Translations under genes and position numbers: made by a program
Origin: a virus
DNA length: 64,000 bases
Strand: one strand, 5' to 3'
Virus record (IMG/VR): IMGVR_UViG_3300044701_003572
Location: 22,379 to 86,378 of that record
Notes under the pieces: generated by a model
What the model was told of the DNA's origin: nothing
What the model saw: only the letters and a program-made list of their open reading frames with translations
The model's database searches: none
Shown here: positions 58,347-64,000 of the stretch, piece by piece
How the letters are laid out: every line of letters starts with the position of its first letter
How positions within the stretch are numbered: the stretch's first letter is position 1

Positions 58347-59646
58347 AATCTTTTAAGTAAGGAAACATTGTTCTGTAATCTGTATTTCGAATTTGATCGT
58401 AAATTCTCAAAACTCGAGTTCTTTCTCTGCACACATCAGTGTGGTCAAGATTTTCATCTCCCATATAACCCGGCACGCTAATCACACTTTCTACAAATTC
58501 TGGATTATCACGGAATATTTTATAATCATAATTGCGTGTCATAAAGTTGTTGATTCGGTCAGTTATTTCTTGTTTTTGATCTAATTCTAGGTAGCGTAGA
58601 CTAAAATAATTTGGATAATAAATTAATCCAAAGTTTATAACAAAACGATTAGTAGTTCTATGTGCAATAGTTTCCCATTCGGTAAAGATATCTTCGAAAT
58701 CGAAGATATTAAAAATACCCCAGGTAGTACTAAGTTTTTTCTCTATATGTTCATATTCCCAAAGTTTTTCAAAATTTCTTTTAAACACCGAATAGTCTGC
58801 GGGATATCTTATAAAATTAAATTTTGCAGGATCAATATGGTCGTAGCTAATACATAGCATCGGATATTTGAATTGATTTAGCAATCCTATGGTTTTAGGA
58901 TTGATCACAGATAGGTTTGTGATGATCTGTAACATCATATTTTTTGCATAACCTTTTTCCACACATTGCTCTAATAATCTTTGTGTGGTTTTGTTGACCA
59001 ACGGCTCCCCGCCTACTAGACTCATGTGTATGGCCTGTTGCAAACTAGGGTCTAAATTTTCTACTATTGGTTCGATATCTAAATCTCTAGGATTAAAATC
59101 TTCAACCTTAAAATTAAATTCTTTTACTCTATTGTCGAACATCTTTAGAAGGCCAGGAAGCTCTATACCTTTAGATGTCATTTCTTCTTGTTCGTCTTGA
59201 TGTAGACTACTACTGCCCGGATAGCACATAATACACTTTAAGTTGCACTGTGTTCCTACTTTCACATCAAGGTCAGTTGGCGGTGTTGATAATGCACCTC
59301 CATTGGCCAGAGCATCGTTAACAAATTTATCATAATCTGGATACATAAAGTGTTTCTCGTCATTGGTCTTTTGACGCTTACTATATGCACCCCCTGCTTC
59401 ATAATTCCAGCAGTATTCGCAGGTGGGATTTTTAATTCCATTTAATAGATCTAATCTAAGCTTTTTATACTGATCGCTGTTCCATACCTCTATTACATTA
59501 TCCTTTCTCATATTATAAGGAGTACCGTCGGGTTTGGCCACAACTATTTCTTCGCTGCAACAACAAGCTCGATAATTGCCGTCATTAGTAGAGCTTATGT
59601 GCGTAAACGGCAAAAGACAAAATGTAGGATGATTCTTATAATCCAT
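58339..59646 (-). CDS. radical SAM protein with N-terminal twitch/SPASM-like domain
   Basis: FCLLPF..CCC..CEYC; CNLKCIMC; GGEP. Confidence 0.88.
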   Translation of the reverse strand: MDYKNHPTFCLLPFTHISSTNDGNYRACCCSEEIVVAKPDGTPYNMRKDNVIEVWNSDQYKKLRLDLLNGIKNPTCEYCWNYEAGGAYSKRQKTNDEKHFMYPDYDKFVNDALANGGALSTPPTDLDVKVGTQCNLKCIMCYPGSSSLHQDEQEEMTSKGIELPGLLKMFDNRVKEFNFKVEDFNPRDLDIEPIVENLDPSLQQAIHMSLVGGEPLVNKTTQRLLEQCVEKGYAKNMMLQIITNLSVINPKTIGLLNQFKYPMLCISYDHIDPAKFNFIRYPADYSVFKRNFEKLWEYEHIEKKLSTTWGIFNIFDFEDIFTEWETIAHRTTNRFVINFGLIYYPNYFSLRYLELDQKQEITDRINNFMTRNYDYKIFRDNPEFVESVISVPGYMGDENLDHTDVCRERTRVLRIYDQIRNTDYRTMFPYLKDYE

Positions 59647-60226
59647 AAACTTTCTCGTAGATTTTAGGCAAAATGTTTCCAGGCCATTTTATATAATCAT
59701 TGAACGCATACTTCATTAGAATTCTCATGTCTAATTTTCCGTCTGTACTGATCTTTTCAATAAGATCTAATCGATCGCTATTTAAGATGGGTTTGTAAAA
59801 ATCTATACTTATAGGTTGCTCAGAATAATCACTGGCAGAATAAAAGTTAAATGCGTGAATTTTATTTCTCGAGTCTACATAAAAATATTTCGGATAGAAA
59901 CTAGGCTTGTAAATTCCTTCTCGATCAAGATCAATAACAATAGATTCTAATTGACTAACATAATCGTCGGGAATAATATCTTCGCAGGTATTTCCGTACC
60001 AACGAAAAACAATGCGCCTAGTAATTTTATCCATAGTAACAATTTCGGGAGACCAGCTATACTTCTGTAATCGTTCCAAGTATCTCACTTCTCGAGAAAA
60101 ACTGCTGTTAATTAAGTCTTCGGGATACCAGTTACCTTCGGGGTTAAAGTCCATGCAGAAAAGTCTACCGTCGTTGGTGATTAGGCTTCTATAGATTCCA
60201 CGATTTGAATTATATAATTTGAACAT
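59636..60226 (-). CDS. atypical protein-kinase-like fold protein (paralog of 63187)
   Basis: REVRYL alphaC-like segment; GIYKPSFYP; AFNFY. Confidence 0.45.
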   Translation of the reverse strand: MFKLYNSNRGIYRSLITNDGRLFCMDFNPEGNWYPEDLINSSFSREVRYLERLQKYSWSPEIVTMDKITRRIVFRWYGNTCEDIIPDDYVSQLESIVIDLDREGIYKPSFYPKYFYVDSRNKIHAFNFYSASDYSEQPISIDFYKPILNSDRLDLIEKISTDGKLDMRILMKYAFNDYIKWPGNILPKIYEKVYGL

Positions 60227-60249
60227 TTTTTCTCTAGTATTTACGCATC

Positions 60250-60257
60250 TATAAATA
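60250..60257 (+). promoter_or_regulatory. T4-type late promoter TATAAATA
   Basis: Exact T4 late consensus 4 nt before ATG 60262; a divergent TAAATA lies at 60238-60243. Confidence 0.7.
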
Positions 60258-60261
60258 CTCG

Positions 60262-60804
60262 ATGAAACTTATTGGGAATACTCTACATCTCATAGATTGG
60301 GATACTGTTATTAACACAATTAAAGATCGATCTGGAAACACACTAAAGTATAATGATAGTTGTTTTCCAAAAACTGACGACTTTGATCGGTTAGATAAAA
60401 TTTGGACAAAGGCAGGATATCTAAGAAACTCTGAAGTAGTTGAGTGGACTAACTACTTTCCAGGAGATGATTTTGATAAAACAGTTGTTGATCAATTTCG
60501 CAATATAGTTAGAGCAGAACCTTGGATGGTTTGGATTAGTAGAATACGCCCAGGAAAAATGGCTCCTTGGCATTTTGATGCACACAGCAAAATTAAAGAT
60601 TTAGACAAATTAGGAACGCCGGTTAGATTTACTTGTTATATTCAATCACCGCAACCAGGACACGTTAGCATTGTAGAAAACAGTTCAGTCTATATGCCGG
60701 ATAAGGGAAGCATATACCAGTGGCCTAGTCATGATGCTTGGCATTGCGGTATGAATGGAGGATTAGAGGATAAGTTTATGTTTAATTATTGGGGTTATAA
60801 ATGA
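60262..60804 (+). CDS. Fe(II)/2OG oxygenase-like protein
   Basis: PGKMAPWHFD...WHCGMNGG. Confidence 0.65.
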   Translation: MKLIGNTLHLIDWDTVINTIKDRSGNTLKYNDSCFPKTDDFDRLDKIWTKAGYLRNSEVVEWTNYFPGDDFDKTVVDQFRNIVRAEPWMVWISRIRPGKMAPWHFDAHSKIKDLDKLGTPVRFTCYIQSPQPGHVSIVENSSVYMPDKGSIYQWPSHDAWHCGMNGGLEDKFMFNYWGYK

Positions 60805-62375
60805 ACGTAATAATTGTAGGAGGCGGAACAGCCGGATGGATGACCGCCGGATGGCTAGTTAAAAAGAATAAGAATGTGTCAATAACAGTAATTGAAAGCC
60901 CTGACATTCCAAAAATCGGAGTAGGTGAAAGTGTAACACCACACGTAGCTAATTTCTTTATAGAATTAGGAGTTCCCGAAGAACACTGGATGTATCATAC
61001 TGGAGCAATCTATAAATTGGCTAATAAATTTGTTAATTGGAAAACAAATACAGGCGAAGCTGAATATTTTAGTTTTAATTACACAGGGGACTCCCGATTA
61101 TTCTATAAAGAAAATAGTGTGCCGTTGTCGAAGGACGACTGGCAAATTAAAAATCTACGATCATCAGATATATTATTAGATTTATGTAATCAAGGTAAAA
61201 TCGATAAATTTGGTAGTTATTTTCATACTCAGCATCATTACATGGAACAAAATCGAGCACCGTTTATTGATAACGAATATTTGCTTAATCCGTTGTTTAG
61301 TTGGAGTCATCATATCAATGCTGAACTAACTGCTGAATACATACGAGATCACATTGCTATTCCAGCAGGGGTTGTTCATATACAAGCCAAGGTAGTAGAT
61401 GCTAGTATGCAGGGCGAAAATATCACTTCAGTTATTCTAGAAAATGGCGAAGTGATTACCGGCGATGTCTTTGTGGACTGTACAGGATTTAGACGATTAC
61501 TAACAAATAAGTTAGGATGGAAAGTTAAAGAATATTCTGATGCCGCAGTTGACCGTGCATGGGTTTGTCAAATTGATTATACTAATCGTGAGAAAGAAAT
61601 GGTCAATTATAGTCAGACTATTGCACACCCGCACGGTTGGATGTTCAGGATTAGTCTATATCATCGAATGGGGACCGGATACATCTTTAGCTCTAATCAT
61701 ACTACCGAAGAAAAAGCTAGAGAATATTTTCTTAATCAAATAGGTGATATGGATCGTAGATTTGATCCTAAATTAATAAAATGGAATCCTAGTAGATTAG
61801 AGCATGCCGCTAATGGAAATACAGTAGCAGTGGGGTTAAGTTTTGGGTTTGTTGAACCTATGGAGGCTAATGCACTCTACACTATTATTACTACTATTGG
61901 TAAGTTGAGCGAGGCTATAGATAATAATTTAGACTTTGAGTTATTAAACAAAAATGTGTGTTATAGTATGGATGACATTGCTGACTTTGCAATGTTACAT
62001 TACAGCCTAAGTCAGCGCACCGATACTAACTTTTGGAGTGACATGAGAAGTCGTAATGTTAATAATGGTCATATCGATCTGCTATACAGTAAGTATACTA
62101 ATCCAATGCATTCGATGTCTAGTTGCATCGATGGAACTACATTATTTCCTGACTACATGTGGGCACACTTAGCACAGGCATGGGGAGTTGATACTAGCTC
62201 CTGGAATATTAAAGTTGATACGGCAACTCAAGAACTTGCCAAACTTTATTATGAATATCAATACAATAAACATAAGATAGCCAGCAGCAAATGTAACAAT
62301 AATTATTTATGGCTAAAAAAGAATCGATTCAACAATTTAAATTCCCAAGAATGGGAACGTTTAATACGAGGTTAA
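60801..62375 (+). CDS. tryptophan halogenase-family flavoprotein
   Basis: GGGTAGW, IGVGES, YKLANKF (catalytic Lys), DCTGF, WMFRIS and FVEPME motifs. Confidence 0.88.
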   Translation: MNVIIVGGGTAGWMTAGWLVKKNKNVSITVIESPDIPKIGVGESVTPHVANFFIELGVPEEHWMYHTGAIYKLANKFVNWKTNTGEAEYFSFNYTGDSRLFYKENSVPLSKDDWQIKNLRSSDILLDLCNQGKIDKFGSYFHTQHHYMEQNRAPFIDNEYLLNPLFSWSHHINAELTAEYIRDHIAIPAGVVHIQAKVVDASMQGENITSVILENGEVITGDVFVDCTGFRRLLTNKLGWKVKEYSDAAVDRAWVCQIDYTNREKEMVNYSQTIAHPHGWMFRISLYHRMGTGYIFSSNHTTEEKAREYFLNQIGDMDRRFDPKLIKWNPSRLEHAANGNTVAVGLSFGFVEPMEANALYTIITTIGKLSEAIDNNLDFELLNKNVCYSMDDIADFAMLHYSLSQRTDTNFWSDMRSRNVNNGHIDLLYSKYTNPMHSMSSCIDGTTLFPDYMWAHLAQAWGVDTSSWNIKVDTATQELAKLYYEYQYNKHKIASSKCNNNYLWLKKNRFNNLNSQEWERLIRG

Positions 62376-63164
62376 GTGATCAATACCTAACTTTTTTCGA
62401 AAAGCTTCTGTAAATTTTCCGTCAATGCGTAAGCTGTAACTTTGTTCGATGATCTTTTCGCCGCCGTGCCAGTCTTGATCGTTCCACCAAGCAGCACGAG
62501 TGTTTAGATAAACTTTATTTTTTGTATCCGGATCCCAAATATAAAAGGCTTTTTTAGTATTGGGTCTAATATGTATGAATTCATTACGATGTGGAAATGT
62601 AATGTTCATACCGTTCTTAGCATCTAGATCCCTGTGTTCAAATGGTATACCATCATGATCACAGTGAAAGAAAATAACACGACCGATGTGTTCAAATATA
62701 CCTCGATCGATGGTAGATTCCACCCACTTGACTACATTGGGAAAATACGCAGCTTCTTCTGTAAGTTTGCGAGGAGCCGTGCGATCGTCCCAAGAACCTT
62801 CTTCCCATAAGAAATAGTAAATGTAGGGATCGTACGCACCTAGAGCCATTTTTAGATAACGAGTAAATTTGTTTCTAGTTTGATGGTCTTTGATATTTGT
62901 ATAAAGATCCCATCCCCCTCGTTTGATAGGGTCATTATCCGGTAAGGATAGATATTCTTCTAGTGCTTGGTAGATAGGTTTCCAATGGGGAGTGTAGCTC
63001 ATTTCTTCAAAGGTAAATCCCGGTGCCATCCAAGTACCTTCTTTGGCATAGGGGCGTGCCTCGGCGAACCCACGGATGATTTCTGGTTGCAGTTTATCAA
63101 AAGTCTGCATATCCAAAAATTTTTCCATATCGAAATAGGTTTGGCCGTTTATTCCTCTGATCAT
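62361..63164 (-). CDS. Fe(II) oxygenase-like protein
   Basis: EHRD...DWHGG...SLRIDG. Confidence 0.55.
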   Translation of the reverse strand: MIRGINGQTYFDMEKFLDMQTFDKLQPEIIRGFAEARPYAKEGTWMAPGFTFEEMSYTPHWKPIYQALEEYLSLPDNDPIKRGGWDLYTNIKDHQTRNKFTRYLKMALGAYDPYIYYFLWEEGSWDDRTAPRKLTEEAAYFPNVVKWVESTIDRGIFEHIGRVIFFHCDHDGIPFEHRDLDAKNGMNITFPHRNEFIHIRPNTKKAFYIWDPDTKNKVYLNTRAAWWNDQDWHGGEKIIEQSYSLRIDGKFTEAFRKKLGIDHLTSY

Positions 63165-63186
63165 ATTTTTCCTAGATAATTACTGT

Positions 63187-63873
63187 ATGAAGTACGAATA
63201 CTACTATAATAATGTTCCCGGCATTGGTTTAACAAGGAACAACCTTATTTACACCAGTCTTATCAGTGACGATAAAAAAACTTTTGTCATGTGGTTTCAC
63301 AATGACAGCGAATATCATCGAGGTCAAAATGAAGTAATTGATTCAGAGTTAATGAAATCTAAATGGAACCGTGAAGTAAAATACCTTATAGAAATGTCTT
63401 GGAAGTATGAGGATAAAGTCCCAAAAATACTAGAGATAGATCATCAAAATCAAAAAATATATTTGGCTATCGATGGTTTAGATTTTTGGAATCGCGCAGG
63501 CTGTTTGACAGAAAACTATAACAGCGTATTACCCGATTGGCAAGATCAAATGTTAAGAATATTAACTGCTCATAGATCTTTGGGATTGTACAAGTATTCA
63601 ATGCACCCGAGCAGTTATTTTATTGTTGATGGTCAATTAAAAAGTATAAATTATTTCTTTTGCTATCACAAAAATGAAGGACCAATCTCTATCAAAGACC
63701 ATTCAAGTCATATACATTCTAATAGACAAGTAGAAATGCGTAAACATATAGATAGGCTAGGAATTAGTTGGACAGAACCTCAACCTTTGGCACTCCTGCA
63801 AGACCTCTGCTGGGAAAGTTTTAGAACAAATTATCCTAGCGATTTTATTGAGAAGGCAAAATGTATAAAGTAA
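63187..63873 (+). CDS. atypical protein-kinase-like fold protein (paralog of 59636)
   Basis: REVKYL; GLYKYSMHP; SINYF. Confidence 0.45.
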   Translation: MKYEYYYNNVPGIGLTRNNLIYTSLISDDKKTFVMWFHNDSEYHRGQNEVIDSELMKSKWNREVKYLIEMSWKYEDKVPKILEIDHQNQKIYLAIDGLDFWNRAGCLTENYNSVLPDWQDQMLRILTAHRSLGLYKYSMHPSSYFIVDGQLKSINYFFCYHKNEGPISIKDHSSHIHSNRQVEMRKHIDRLGISWTEPQPLALLQDLCWESFRTNYPSDFIEKAKCIK

Positions 63874-64000
63874 TTCCTTGGTCAGAAGATTTAGATCTCG
63901 ATCAATTTTATATTACAGCAAGGGCTAAAGGTTTTGAAAATAATTCTAGTCAACAGATGTTAGTCGATTGTTTTCGTAAAGAAAAAGAATGGCAGGTATG
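63861..64000 (+). CDS. hypothetical protein (partial)
   Basis: ATG at 63861; MYKVIPWSEDLDLDQFY...GFENNSSQQML, open to the window end. Confidence 0.6.
   Translation, partial: MYKVIPWSEDLDLDQFYITARAKGFENNSSQQMLVDCFRKEKEWQV

Noticed and set aside
1-64000. CRISPR array, diversity-generating retroelement, integrase, transposase, intron or intein
   Set aside because: No spaced identical repeats, reverse transcriptase, recombinase or splicing motifs were seen by eye.
1-64000. Alternative genetic code
   Set aside because: Genes are full length and tightly packed under the standard code; the DnaE piece has no read-through continuation.
37817-64000. RiPP cluster with a precursor peptide
   Set aside because: No small ORF with an RBS or leader/core pattern, and no peptidase or transporter; intergenic space is minimal. 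A precursor outside the window cannot be excluded.

Overview
This window looks like part of a large, AT-rich, T4-like (myovirus-type) phage genome infecting a Gram-negative host; the host is probably a proteobacterium (inference). In order it holds: (1) a lysis cassette at 1-2069; (2) PhoH, ferredoxin, clamp loader, cytidylyltransferase, a MazG-like enzyme, GroES and a stand-alone N-terminal piece of DNA polymerase III alpha; (3) a 16 kb baseplate/tail-fibre block whose proteins mostly share a T4 gp9/gp10-like N-terminal anchor; (4) auxiliary metabolism genes (IscA, IscU, SOD, UvsE, KdsA, two glycosyltransferase-like genes, QueD, ThyX); (5) a 113-nt atypical tRNA-like gene; (6) from 37.8 kb to the window end, a tailoring-enzyme island of more than 26 kb. 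The island has 12 radical SAM enzymes, 7 HxD...H Fe(II) oxygenase-like proteins, 2 SGNH proteins, 2 degenerate kinase-like paralogs, a QueC-like ATPase, a methyltransferase, an SDR, a class III aminotransferase and a flavin halogenase. The best leads are the island, a preQ1-I-like pseudoknot that starts at the predicted transcription start of queD (candidate phage riboswitch), the atypical tRNA, and apparently leaderless transcription from a TAA(A/T/G)TA late promoter. All calls come from reading motifs by eye; no database search was run.
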